Of a DNA stretch of 64,000 nt, positions 30,900 through 40,583 are shown in pieces. The DNA lies in assembly GCA_945873755.1 (NCBI GenBank), contig CAMCEM010000003.1:1085-65084 (forward strand), written 5' to 3'. Source of the stretch: Chitinophaga pinensis. GTDB taxonomy: Bacteria > Bacteroidota > Bacteroidia > UKL13-3. Position 1 is the stretch's first letter, and each line of letters begins with the position of its first letter. The position numbers were made by a program, and so were the translations under genes. The notes under the pieces are model-generated. The model worked only from the letters and a program-made list of their open reading frames with translations, searched no databases and was not told the origin of the DNA.

Positions 30900-32825
30900 T
30901 TAACTGACGTTAGTGTATATGGCTTTTATTTCATCAGCATATTTAGTTTCAACTACTTTGCGTTTAATTTTCTGCGTAGGAGTCATTTCGCCATCTTCTA
31001 AAGTAAATGGTTTTCTTTTTAAAGAGTAGTTCTTTACCCTTTCAAACTTCCCTAAATTAACTTCTAGTTTTTTCAAGTCTTCATCCATCCAATCAATTAT
31101 TTCTTTGTCTTTAATAAAAACATCTAAACTATCAAAAAACTCTTCTTTAAGATTAAAGTTTTCTTTTAATTCTTCTTTGCTTGGTACAATTAAGGCTGTT
31201 AAGTATTCTTGTCCATCGCCAATTAAAAATATTTGTTCTATTTTATTCGATTTCATGTAAACATTTTCAATAGGAGTAGGGTATATATTTTTGCCAAATG
31301 AATTTACAATTAAATTTTTAATTCTATCAGTTATTTTCAAATATCCTTTTTCAAATTTTCCTACATCACCTGTATGCAACCAACCTTCACTGTCAATTGC
31401 TTTTGCAGTTTCTTCAGGTAAATTCCAATAACCTTTAATTACATTTAATCCTCTTACTAAAATTTCGCCTTCTTCACATTCAAAATTTGGATTATACGAA
31501 TCGTAAGTTTGTAAAGTAATTATTTCTTTGGTTTCTATATTTTGTAATGCTACTTCATTTGCTTGGCCTATTCTTCCTACAGTTCCCCAAATTTGTCGGT
31601 GTACCTCGTTTGCACATACAAAAGGCGATGTTTCTGTTAATCCATAACCTTCAATAACTAATATATCCAAATTTGCAAAAAACTCACCCACATGTTTGGG
31701 TAAAGCACCACCTCCGCTAACCATTACACTCATTTTACCACCTAAACGCGCTTTTATTTTACTGTAAACTAATTTTTCGGCCAGTGCCAATTGTATATTT
31801 AAGAACAAACCATTGGGTAAATTATTTTCCTTATTTATTCTTCTTGTTTCACCAATTTTTAAAGCCCAATTAAATATTTTTAATTTAAAACCACCTTGAG
31901 CAGTTGCACTTTTTCTTACCCGTTCCTCAATTCTTTCTAAAAGTCGAGGTACAGTTAATATTGCTCTTGGCTGAACTTCTTGTATGTTAGCAGTTAACGA
32001 TTCTAAACTTTGTGCAAATGCAACTTTAAAACCTTTATAGGTACTATAATAATAAGTACAAGTTCTTTCATAAACATGGCACAATGGTAAAAAAGAAAGG
32101 AAAGTATAATCTCTGGTAACTAAAGGCAATAACATATCTGCCATTACTATATTACTCATAAAATTATTATGCGATAGCATTGCACCTTTTGGCTTTCCAG
32201 TTGTACCTGATGTATAAAGCAAACACGATAAATCATCGTAAGTAACTTTTTCTAATTCCTGTTCAATTAAATCTTTTGTATTACTGTATAATTTATTTCC
32301 TTCTTCTACTAATTTATTGTACGAAATAATTCCTTCGCCTTCAGTATCAAAAGCTGTTATAATAAATTTTAATGTTGGACAATTTACTTTTACTTTTTTT
32401 AATCGTTTTAATAAAAATGGAGTTCCTACTAAAATAACTTGAGAGCCAGAATCATTTATAATATGCTCAATATCCGCTTCTGACGAAGTAGGGTAAATAG
32501 ATACATTTACTAAACCTAACTGCATTAAACCTTGATCAAAGCAAATGTATTCAGGACAATTTTCTATTAACAATGCTGCTCTATCACCTTTTCTTAACCC
32601 TGCATTATATAAATAAGCTGAAATTGCATTTAATTGATAAAATATTTGTTCGTATGTTATGTCTTCGTACCTGTCTCTTTTTTTTACTTGTAAATAAGTA
32701 TCGGATGGTTTATTAATATTATTTGCAGTGTTTCTTAAAAAATAATGTAATGATTTAAAATTTTTGTATTGGTTTGTAATTATTTCGAACATAGTTTGTA
32801 TTTTTATAATGCGAATAAAATGCAT
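30900..32825 (-). CDS. Long-chain fatty acid-CoA ligase (AMP-forming adenylating enzyme)
   Basis: AMP-binding signature 'LLYTSGTTGKPKGAMLSHNN', 'GYGLTETSP', 'WLHTGDVG' and C-terminal 'TPTQKIKRK'. Confidence 0.9.
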   Translation of the reverse strand: MHFIRIIKIQTMFEIITNQYKNFKSLHYFLRNTANNINKPSDTYLQVKKRDRYEDITYEQIFYQLNAISAYLYNAGLRKGDRAALLIENCPEYICFDQGLMQLGLVNVSIYPTSSEADIEHIINDSGSQVILVGTPFLLKRLKKVKVNCPTLKFIITAFDTEGEGIISYNKLVEEGNKLYSNTKDLIEQELEKVTYDDLSCLLYTSGTTGKPKGAMLSHNNFMSNIVMADMLLPLVTRDYTFLSFLPLCHVYERTCTYYYSTYKGFKVAFAQSLESLTANIQEVQPRAILTVPRLLERIEERVRKSATAQGGFKLKIFNWALKIGETRRINKENNLPNGLFLNIQLALAEKLVYSKIKARLGGKMSVMVSGGGALPKHVGEFFANLDILVIEGYGLTETSPFVCANEVHRQIWGTVGRIGQANEVALQNIETKEIITLQTYDSYNPNFECEEGEILVRGLNVIKGYWNLPEETAKAIDSEGWLHTGDVGKFEKGYLKITDRIKNLIVNSFGKNIYPTPIENVYMKSNKIEQIFLIGDGQEYLTALIVPSKEELKENFNLKEEFFDSLDVFIKDKEIIDWMDEDLKKLEVNLGKFERVKNYSLKRKPFTLEDGEMTPTQKIKRKVVETKYADEIKAIYTNVS

Positions 32826-32835
32826 TTTTTTTAAA

Positions 32836-32847
32836 TCGCAATTGCGA
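32836..32847. promoter_or_regulatory. Perfect 12-bp palindrome immediately upstream of the acyl-CoA ligase start; candidate operator
   Basis: 'tcgcaattgcga' lies 10 nt upstream of the minus-strand ATG (32823-32825). Confidence 0.25.
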
Positions 32848-33067
32848 AATTTAATAAACTTTAAATTGTTTTTTATTGATTATTACTAAAAATGAAAATA
32901 TTTTAGCAGTCTTTAATTATTTTCTTTAAACTTTGGCTTAATATTTGTTTTTAAAAGTTTTGTAAAAAATTAATTTTCATTTTATCGTTTTATTATATTT
33001 ATAAATAATCAAAAGGTTAGTTAATTTGTTAATTTTGTTATTGTATTCAATTAAATATATAAAATTT

Positions 33068-34408
33068 ATGAAAGTTAAATTAATATTATTTGTGTTATCC
33101 TTAATTGTTATTAATTCTTGTTCAATTACTAAAGAACAAGGCAAAGCAGCAGATGATTTGTATTTTTCAACTAAAGATAAATCGAGTTACGGATCTGATA
33201 AAATAATTCCAATTGATATTGAAAAAATTAAAAAAGATTTTCCTTCACAAGTAGATCCCAATAAGCCGTCAGGTTATTATTCTGAGGGTACTCAAAATCA
33301 AAATGCAGTTGTTGGTTATCCTATTTATAAAGAAATTCAAGATTCGTTATATGCTATTAATCCTCAACTTTCTGGTTATTATCAACCCTACCCAATGCCA
33401 CCTTTTAGCCTTAGAGATCAATATTTACAAGCTAAAATGGAAAGACGCCAAGCAAGGCGATTAGCAAGAATTAACAATAGAAATAATTTCAATAATTTTG
33501 GCTTTAATTCTGGCTGGAATAATGGATGTATCAATGGCTGGAATAATAACGGTTGGAACAATGGTTGGAATAATGGTTTTTGTGGATTTAATTCGTTTAA
33601 TATTTGGAATGGATTCAACAATTGGGGACCGCAATTTAATATTGGTTGGAACAACTGGAATGGATGGAATACAGGATTAGGATTTGGTTTTAATAATTGG
33701 GGTTGGAACAATTTTTACAATCCTTGGGGCTTTTACAATCAAAATTTATATGGTTATAATCCTTGGGGTTATTACAATTATTATCCTAATTATGGAGGTG
33801 GAAATGGAGAAATAAGAAATACTAATCCTGGTCAATCTAAACCTCGCCAAGTAATTGGCACCAATTTACCAGCTACAAATGGCGGTACAATTGACAATCC
33901 AAATCCTAATCCATTAAAATATACACAATCCCGAAGCAGTAACGATGCAAATATTGATCCTGCTATTCAAATTCCAAATCAAAGTAGAGCCAATGGAAAT
34001 GGAGGTGTATTAATACCTACTCCTTCTGGTGTTCAGTATATATTGCCAAGCAGAGATAATAATGCACCTAAAAGTTATGAAACTTTTGAAAAATCGGTTG
34101 AGGTAGAAAAACAACAAGTAGAAATTCAAAAGGCAAATCCACAAATTTTTTATCAAAAACCTGTTGAACCAACTGTAGTTACTCCTAGTCCAAGTAGGTC
34201 AAATACTCCTGCTCCAACTAACCCACAACCTCAATATGTTCCGCCTAGCTATCAACAGCCAGCTAATAACCAACCAGTTTATACTCCTTCTCGATCTAAC
34301 AATGGTGGCAGTTCAGGCGGAGGAGGATCAAATAGTGGCAGCAGAGGTTCAAGTGGAGGAAGCAGTGGAGGTGGAAGTAATAGTGGTGGAGGTTCTAGAC
34401 CAAGATAA
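33068..34408 (+). CDS. Lipoprotein with an extreme Asn/Trp/Gly/aromatic low-complexity core and a Gly/Ser-rich tail
   Basis: The ATG at 33068 gives 'MKVKLILFVLSLIVINSC' (lipobox). Residues encoded at about 33473-33808 are almost only N/G/W/F/Y. A P/Q-rich segment follows, then a G/S-rich C-terminus (about 34298-34405). Confidence 0.65.
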   Translation: MKVKLILFVLSLIVINSCSITKEQGKAADDLYFSTKDKSSYGSDKIIPIDIEKIKKDFPSQVDPNKPSGYYSEGTQNQNAVVGYPIYKEIQDSLYAINPQLSGYYQPYPMPPFSLRDQYLQAKMERRQARRLARINNRNNFNNFGFNSGWNNGCINGWNNNGWNNGWNNGFCGFNSFNIWNGFNNWGPQFNIGWNNWNGWNTGLGFGFNNWGWNNFYNPWGFYNQNLYGYNPWGYYNYYPNYGGGNGEIRNTNPGQSKPRQVIGTNLPATNGGTIDNPNPNPLKYTQSRSSNDANIDPAIQIPNQSRANGNGGVLIPTPSGVQYILPSRDNNAPKSYETFEKSVEVEKQQVEIQKANPQIFYQKPVEPTVVTPSPSRSNTPAPTNPQPQYVPPSYQQPANNQPVYTPSRSNNGGSSGGGGSNSGSRGSSGGSSGGGSNSGGGSRPR

Positions 34409-34433
34409 ACTTTAAACTTTTAATTTTATTAAT

Positions 34434-35966
34434 ATGAAAAAAATTGTTTTGGCTACTTTTAGTGTATGCCTTTCATTTTACACTTATGCTCAAAATGAGC
34501 AAGATGTTTTACGTTATTCGCAAAATAAAATATTTGGCTCAGCACGTGTTTTAGGAGCTGGTGGTGCATTTGGTGCATTGGGTGCCGATTTAAGCTCTAT
34601 AGCAATTAACCCAGCTGGAATTGCGCTATACAGGCGAAGTGAAACTGCAGGAAGTTTGGCTATTTCAGCTTATTTTAATGATAATAGATATATAGAAAGT
34701 ACTACTTTTGAATCAAAAACGGCTTTGAATATACCTCAAATAGGTTTTGTTTTTAATAAAATGCAACAAGGCTTTAAAGGCGATGAAACAGAAGGTTTGG
34801 TCAGCTACTCTTTTGCTTTTGGTATAAATAGATTAAACGATTTTAACCAAAATAATATTTTTACTGGGGTAAACACTAAATCGAGTATTGCAGATTATTT
34901 TGCTGAATTAGCAAATGGTAAAACTTTTCCGGGCTCAAACCCATATAGTTTTTACAATAACAATATTCCGGGTATGGCTTGGAATACTTATTTAATCGAT
35001 TCTGCAGCACCATTAAAATATGCTTCTACATTTGAAAGTAAAAACGATACCAATTTTTCGATACAACAATCGGGCATAGCTAAAGTTATTGGAAACATTA
35101 ACGAATACAATTTTTCAAGTGGTTTAAATGTTTCTAATATGTTTTATTTTGGAGCATCTTTATTAATTCAAAATGTAAATTATGAATCAAATTCTGAATT
35201 TAAAGAAAGTGTTCTAACAAGCAGTAGGTCAAATAATTTATATCAAGGCAGTAATTTTACTTCAATTCTTAAAACATCTGGAAGTGGAATAGGAGGCAGG
35301 TTTGGTTTTATATTTAAACCATTTTATTATTTTAGATGTGGAGTAAGTTATACAACTGCCGTTAGGTTAAATTTAAAAGATGAATACAGTTATGGATTAA
35401 ATTCGCAAATTAAAGGGATTAACACTTATGTATTTAGCGAAAATGAAAGAACAGATAGTTGGGAATATGATATTGTTACACCAAGTAAATTAACATTAAG
35501 CACCTCTTTTATATTTAAAAAATTAGGTTTTATTTCAATAGATTGGGATCAAGTTGATTATAGTTCTGCTAGAATTACTTCTCAAAAAGAGTTATTTATT
35601 AATGCAAACAAAAATGTGAGTGAATTATATAAAAAAGCCTACAATTTAAGAATAGGATCTGAGTTAAAGTATAAAGACACCCGTTTTAGGTTAGGATATG
35701 CAAATTATGGAAGTCCTTTTAAAGATAATTCATTAGGAGTTTCTTTAGATAATCCAACCCAAACTTTAACAGGTGGTTTAGGTTTTATTTTCCCAACAAT
35801 TGATAATTATGGTACTGATTTTTTTATAGATGGTGCTTTGGCTTATTCTTGGGTTAAAAACTATAATACACCCTATCAATTAGAAAATAAAGGCAAAACT
35901 AGTTATACTGTCGAAAATAACTTTTCAATGATAAATGTTATAATAACAGCAGGTTTAAGATTTTAA
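34434..35966 (+). CDS. FadL/TodX-like outer-membrane beta-barrel protein
   Basis: Signal peptide ending 'YAQ'. 'GAGGAFGALGADLSSIAINPAGIA' N-terminal segment as in FadL-type transport barrels. Alternating strands. C-terminal 'TAGLRF'. Confidence 0.55.
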   Translation: MKKIVLATFSVCLSFYTYAQNEQDVLRYSQNKIFGSARVLGAGGAFGALGADLSSIAINPAGIALYRRSETAGSLAISAYFNDNRYIESTTFESKTALNIPQIGFVFNKMQQGFKGDETEGLVSYSFAFGINRLNDFNQNNIFTGVNTKSSIADYFAELANGKTFPGSNPYSFYNNNIPGMAWNTYLIDSAAPLKYASTFESKNDTNFSIQQSGIAKVIGNINEYNFSSGLNVSNMFYFGASLLIQNVNYESNSEFKESVLTSSRSNNLYQGSNFTSILKTSGSGIGGRFGFIFKPFYYFRCGVSYTTAVRLNLKDEYSYGLNSQIKGINTYVFSENERTDSWEYDIVTPSKLTLSTSFIFKKLGFISIDWDQVDYSSARITSQKELFINANKNVSELYKKAYNLRIGSELKYKDTRFRLGYANYGSPFKDNSLGVSLDNPTQTLTGGLGFIFPTIDNYGTDFFIDGALAYSWVKNYNTPYQLENKGKTSYTVENNFSMINVIITAGLRF

Positions 35967-36114
35967 ACTTAAAAATATTTATAAAAATACTTTATAACCA
36001 ATTACTAATTGTATTTTCTATAGTTTTAAGTATCTTGTTTTTATAAACAAAATACTTAATTTATTTCTTCTATTGGCTTTATAGCCTTATTTTGCGCCTT
36101 TAAAATTAAAAACA

Positions 36115-37533
36115 TTGACATTAATAAAATCTATTTCAGGAATAAGGGGGACAATTGGGGGACAAATAGGTAACGCATTAACACCTATTGATGTAGTTAA
36201 GTTTACTGCTGCTTTTGGTAGCATGATAAAACAAGACTCAATCGAATGTAAAATTGTAGTTGGACGAGATGCTAGAATTAGTGGCGATATGGTTAATAGA
36301 CTTGTATGTGCAACTTTATGTGGTTTAGGAATTGATGTAATCGATTTAGGATTAAGTACTACACCAACAGTAGAAATGGCTGTTGTAATGGAAAAGGCAA
36401 ATGGAGGTATAATTTTAACGGCAAGCCACAATCCAAAACAATGGAATGCTTTAAAATTATTAAATAGCAAAGGCGAATTTATTTCTGATGAGTTAGGTAA
36501 ACAAATGCTTGCTGTTGCTGAAGCAGGAAATATGGAGTTTGCCGAAGTAGATAAGTTAGGTAAGATTACAGAGAAAAAAGATTATATTCAAAAACACATT
36601 GATGAAATTTTAAAGTTAGATTTAGTTGACATTGAGGCAATAAAATCCAAAAAATTTAAAATTGTTGTTGATGCTGTAAATTCAACCGGAGGCATTGCCA
36701 TTCCAATGCTTTTAAAAGCCTTAGGAGTTGACGATGTGATTGAAATATTCTGTACTCCCGATGGAAAATTTCCTCATAATCCAGAACCAATTCCCGAAAA
36801 TTTAACTGCAATTTCAAATGAAGTTGTGCGTAATAATGCTGATTTAGGAATTGTTGTTGATCCAGATGTAGATAGATTGGCTTTAGTAAATGAAGATGGA
36901 ACCATGTTTGGCGAAGAATACACTTTGGTTGCTGTAGCAGATTATATTCTTAGTAATGTTACAAACGAAAGTTTGAAAAAAAATGGATTTGTTAAAAACA
37001 CAGTTTCTAATTTATCGTCAACCAGGGCTTTAAAAGATATAACAGATAAATACAAAGGAAAATATAATGCTAGTGCAGTTGGTGAGGTAAATGTAGTAAC
37101 ATTAATGAAAGAAACCAAAGCTGTAATTGGTGGTGAAGGCAATGGAGGAATAATTTTTCCAGAATTACATTATGGCAGAGATGCAATGGTAGGTATTGCA
37201 TTGTTTTTAACACATTTGGCTAAAAGCGATAAATTGTGTTCCATTTTACGTTCTTCTTATCCTGATTATACCATTGCAAAAAAGAAAATTGATTTGGATG
37301 TAAATATCAATATTGATGAACTTTTAAATGGCATTAAAGAAAAATATAAGAAACAACCTATCAATACAATTGATGGTGTAAAAATAGAATTTGATAACGA
37401 GTGGGTTCATTTACGCAGAAGTAACACTGAAGCTATTATTAGAATATATGCTGAAAGTAAAAGTGAAGCAACAGCCAACCATTTAGCTGAAAAAATTATA
37501 ATGGATATGAAACTAATTATTAACGGACAGTAA
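36115..37533 (+). CDS. glmM: Phosphoglucosamine mutase (alpha-D-phosphohexomutase family)
   Basis: 'SGIRGTIGG', active-site 'GIILTASHNPKQWNALKL', metal-binding 'GIVVDPDVDRL' and sugar-binding 'GGEGNGG'. Confidence 0.85.
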   Translation: MTLIKSISGIRGTIGGQIGNALTPIDVVKFTAAFGSMIKQDSIECKIVVGRDARISGDMVNRLVCATLCGLGIDVIDLGLSTTPTVEMAVVMEKANGGIILTASHNPKQWNALKLLNSKGEFISDELGKQMLAVAEAGNMEFAEVDKLGKITEKKDYIQKHIDEILKLDLVDIEAIKSKKFKIVVDAVNSTGGIAIPMLLKALGVDDVIEIFCTPDGKFPHNPEPIPENLTAISNEVVRNNADLGIVVDPDVDRLALVNEDGTMFGEEYTLVAVADYILSNVTNESLKKNGFVKNTVSNLSSTRALKDITDKYKGKYNASAVGEVNVVTLMKETKAVIGGEGNGGIIFPELHYGRDAMVGIALFLTHLAKSDKLCSILRSSYPDYTIAKKKIDLDVNINIDELLNGIKEKYKKQPINTIDGVKIEFDNEWVHLRRSNTEAIIRIYAESKSEATANHLAEKIIMDMKLIINGQ

Positions 37534-37534
37534 A

Positions 37535-37621
37535 GGCTACTGGCTTCTGGCAGCTAGCTACTTGCAAAATAATAAACCTTTTAAAATAATTCTGTTTGCC
37601 AGCTGCCAGAAGCTAGTAGCC
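37535..37621. repeat. Long imperfect inverted repeat (24-nt arms, 2 mismatches, 39-nt spacer) between glmM and ychF
   Basis: 'ggctactggcttctggcagctagc' (37535-37558) pairs with 'gccagctgccagaagctagtagcc' (37598-37621). The arms are internally repetitive ('cttctggc'). Followed by an A-run, not a T-run. Confidence 0.7.
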
Positions 37622-37641
37622 AGAAGCAAAAAAATAAAAAA

Positions 37642-38733
37642 ATGCAGTGTGGAATTGTAGGCTTACCAAATGTAGGCAAATCAACTTTATTTAATTGTTT
37701 GAGCAATGCAAAAGCGCAAGCAGCAAATTTCCCTTTTTGTACCATTGAACCTAATGTGGGTGTGATAACTGTACCCGATGAACGTTTAAATGTATTAGAA
37801 AGTTTAGTAAAACCCAATAAAGTAGTTCCTACCAATATAGAAATTGTAGACATTGCTGGATTAGTAAAAGGAGCTAGCAAAGGAGAAGGTTTAGGAAACC
37901 AATTTTTAGCAAATATTCGTCAAACTGATGCAATTATTCACGTATTGCGTTGTTTTGAAGATGACAATATTATTCACGTTGATGGTTCAGTTAACCCATT
38001 ACGCGATAAAGATATTATTGATACTGAATTACAGTTGAAAGATTTAGATTCAATAGAAAAAAAATTACAAAAAGTAAGCAGAGCAGCCAAAACAGGCGAT
38101 AAAGATATGATAAAGGTGGAAACTACTTTGTTAAAATACAAAGCCCACCTCGATGATGGAAAGTCAGTTAGAACTTTAGAAGTTACCGAAAACGAAAAAG
38201 AACATGTTGAAGATTTGTGTTTACTTACCGCAAAACCTGTAATGTATGTTTGTAACGTGGATGAAAATTCGGTTGTGAATGGAAATAAATTTGTTGACAT
38301 GGTTAAAGATGCAGTAAAAAACGAAAACGCTGAAGTTTTAATTATTAGTGCTGCTATTGAAAGTGAAATTTCAGGATTAGATAGCTACGAAGATAGAATT
38401 GCTTTTTTAAACGATTTGGGATTATCAGAAAGTGGTGTTGCAAAATTAATTAGGGCTTCTTACAAATTACTTAATTTAATTACTTATTTCACTGCTGGAG
38501 TTCAGGAAGTTAGGGCATGGACAATTGATAAAGGATTTAAAGCACCACAAGCAGCAGGTGTCATTCATACCGATTTTGAAAGAGGCTTTATAAAAGCAGA
38601 TGTTATTGCTTATGAGGATTTTAAAAAATATGGTTCCGAATCGGCATGTAAAGAAGTTGGTGCATTAAGAATGGAAGGAAAAGAATACTTAGTAAATGAT
38701 GGTGATGTTATGCACTTTAAATTTAATGTATAA
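37642..38733 (+). CDS. ychF: Redox-regulated ribosome-binding ATPase YchF
   Basis: 'CGIVGLPNVGKSTLFN' P-loop, 'DIAGLVKGAS', and C-terminal TGS-like 'RAWTI..G..A..AAG.IH.DF..GFI'. Confidence 0.95.
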   Translation: MQCGIVGLPNVGKSTLFNCLSNAKAQAANFPFCTIEPNVGVITVPDERLNVLESLVKPNKVVPTNIEIVDIAGLVKGASKGEGLGNQFLANIRQTDAIIHVLRCFEDDNIIHVDGSVNPLRDKDIIDTELQLKDLDSIEKKLQKVSRAAKTGDKDMIKVETTLLKYKAHLDDGKSVRTLEVTENEKEHVEDLCLLTAKPVMYVCNVDENSVVNGNKFVDMVKDAVKNENAEVLIISAAIESEISGLDSYEDRIAFLNDLGLSESGVAKLIRASYKLLNLITYFTAGVQEVRAWTIDKGFKAPQAAGVIHTDFERGFIKADVIAYEDFKKYGSESACKEVGALRMEGKEYLVNDGDVMHFKFNV

Positions 38734-39074
38734 TATTTATTTTATTGCTAAACATTTTTTATAAATTTAAAATTGAATTTATTTTGATTTCTAATTAATT
38801 TTTTCTCGAATTTCTCAAGTTTTTCTTCTTTAATTACACTTTTAAGGAAAAAAAATAATTGTTTGTTTTTTGTAATTTATTAAACCATTGCAACCATTGT
38901 AAAGCCTTATATTACATACAATAAACAGTAATTAATAAATAATTTAAAACCAACTATTTTATAAAATAAATACTAAATAATATAACTACGGTGTTAAATT
39001 TTTGTAAACACTGTGTGTTTATTCAACTAAAATAATTTTATTCGCAAGTAATTAATCTAAATAAACAAAAAAAA

Positions 39075-39902
39075 ATGAACCAAAAAGTATCAAAAAAAGA
39101 AGAAAGTAAAGCGAGCGGAATTTTTGCTTCGCTAGCCATTCCAATGTTAGTTGGAGTAGGAATTTTATTATGGATGTTTGTATTAGGTAATCCTAGCAAC
39201 TTTGCAGATGGAGCAACTCGACACCATCCTGTTAAAGATGGCATAGGCTCGGTTTTAGGACTAATATATTTAGGAGGATTTATTGTACCAATTTTATTAT
39301 CGTTGGTTTTAATGAGTATTACTTTCTCAATTGAGCGTTTTTTAACAATTGCAAAAGCTTCTGGTAAAAAATCTGCTGAATCATTTGTACGAAAAGTAAA
39401 AGTTAACTTAGCAGCAGGAAATGTTGATGAAGCAATAAAAGAATGTGATGCTCAACAAGGTTCGGTTGCTAATGTAATAAAAGCAGCATTGCATAAATAC
39501 AAAGAAATGCAAGGCGAAAGCACCATGGATAGAGATCAAAAAGTATTAGCAATTCAAAAAGAAATTGAAGAAGCTACATCTTTAGAGTTACCAATGTTAG
39601 AAAAAAACTTAGTAATTATTGCTACAATGGCCTCGGTTTCTACTTTGGTTGCATTATTAGGAACAGTATTAGGTATGATCAAGGCGTTCTCGGCATTAGG
39701 TAACGCTGGTGCTCCTGATTCAACTGCCTTAGCTACGGGTATTTCTGAAGCACTTATCAATACAGCATTAGGAATTGGTAATTCAGCAGTTGCAATTATT
39801 ATGTATAATGTTTTTACAACTAAAATTGATAAAATTACTTATACAATTGACGAAGCTGGTTTTAGCATTGTTCAAAACTTTGCTTCATCGCACAAGCGTT
39901 AG
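39075..39902 (+). CDS. exbB: MotA/TolQ/ExbB proton-channel protein
   Basis: Three TM segments and conserved C-terminal 'GTVLGMIKAF...IATGISEALINTALG'. Heads an exbD-exbD-tonB operon. Confidence 0.9.
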   Translation: MNQKVSKKEESKASGIFASLAIPMLVGVGILLWMFVLGNPSNFADGATRHHPVKDGIGSVLGLIYLGGFIVPILLSLVLMSITFSIERFLTIAKASGKKSAESFVRKVKVNLAAGNVDEAIKECDAQQGSVANVIKAALHKYKEMQGESTMDRDQKVLAIQKEIEEATSLELPMLEKNLVIIATMASVSTLVALLGTVLGMIKAFSALGNAGAPDSTALATGISEALINTALGIGNSAVAIIMYNVFTTKIDKITYTIDEAGFSIVQNFASSHKR

Positions 39903-39964
39903 TTTTATTGCAATTTTTTATTGCAAATTTTAATTTAATAATTTAAAAAAAATAAAACAGACAA

Positions 39965-40561
39965 ATGGCTAAAGTAAAAGTACCTCGTAAAAGCACATCG
40001 GTTGATATGACCGCAATGACTGACGTTGCGTTCCTATTGTTAACATTTTTTATGTTAGCTACTCAGTTTAAACCCGATGAACCAGTTCAGGTGTTAACGC
40101 CATCATCTGTTGCCGAAATTCCACTTCCAGACGTTGATGTAATGCTAATTACAATTAGCAACGACAATAGAGTATTCTTTGATTTACAAGGTGAACATTA
40201 CAAAAAAACTTTACTTGAAAAAATGAGTAAAAAATTTAATGTAACATTTACCGATGATGAAAAGAAAAAATTTTCAGATATGAGTAGTTTTGGTTTGCCA
40301 TTTGCGCAACTAAAACAATACATAAACTTGAGTTCTGAAAAAAGAAAAGAGTTACAATCAACAGGAATTCCATACGATTCGTTAAATAATGAATTGAGTG
40401 AATGGGTTTGGCAAAGTCGTTTAACTAATAATGGCGTTCGCGTTGCTATTAAAGGCGATAGAGATGTGAGTTATCCCGCAATAAAACAAGTAATTAATAC
40501 GCTACAACAAAGAGATGTAAATAGATTTAATTTTATTACATCTATGGAAGGCGCTCAATAA
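39965..40561 (+). CDS. exbD: ExbD/TolR biopolymer transport protein
   Basis: 'DMTAMTDVAFLLLTFFML' N-terminal TM signature. Operon context. Confidence 0.85.
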   Translation: MAKVKVPRKSTSVDMTAMTDVAFLLLTFFMLATQFKPDEPVQVLTPSSVAEIPLPDVDVMLITISNDNRVFFDLQGEHYKKTLLEKMSKKFNVTFTDDEKKKFSDMSSFGLPFAQLKQYINLSSEKRKELQSTGIPYDSLNNELSEWVWQSRLTNNGVRVAIKGDRDVSYPAIKQVINTLQQRDVNRFNFITSMEGAQ

Positions 40562-40583
40562 TATTAAAGAAAGGAATTAAAAA

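Noticed and set aside
33418-33711. ORFs 33418-33711 (-) and 33498-33680 (+) inside the N/W/G-rich region
   Set aside because: They are alternative-frame artefacts of the low-complexity AAT/GGN/TGG repeats. The long frame with a lipoprotein signal and continuous ORF is preferred.
36087-37880. Minus-strand ORFs 36087-36470, 36942-37142 and 37581-37880
   Set aside because: They lie opposite the well-supported glmM and ychF genes and span the inverted-repeat spacer. They are typical antisense shadow ORFs.
38734-39074. 340-bp AT-rich gap upstream of exbB as a riboswitch or sRNA
   Set aside because: I saw no convincing conserved helices or known riboswitch cores by eye. It is most simply a promoter and leader region.
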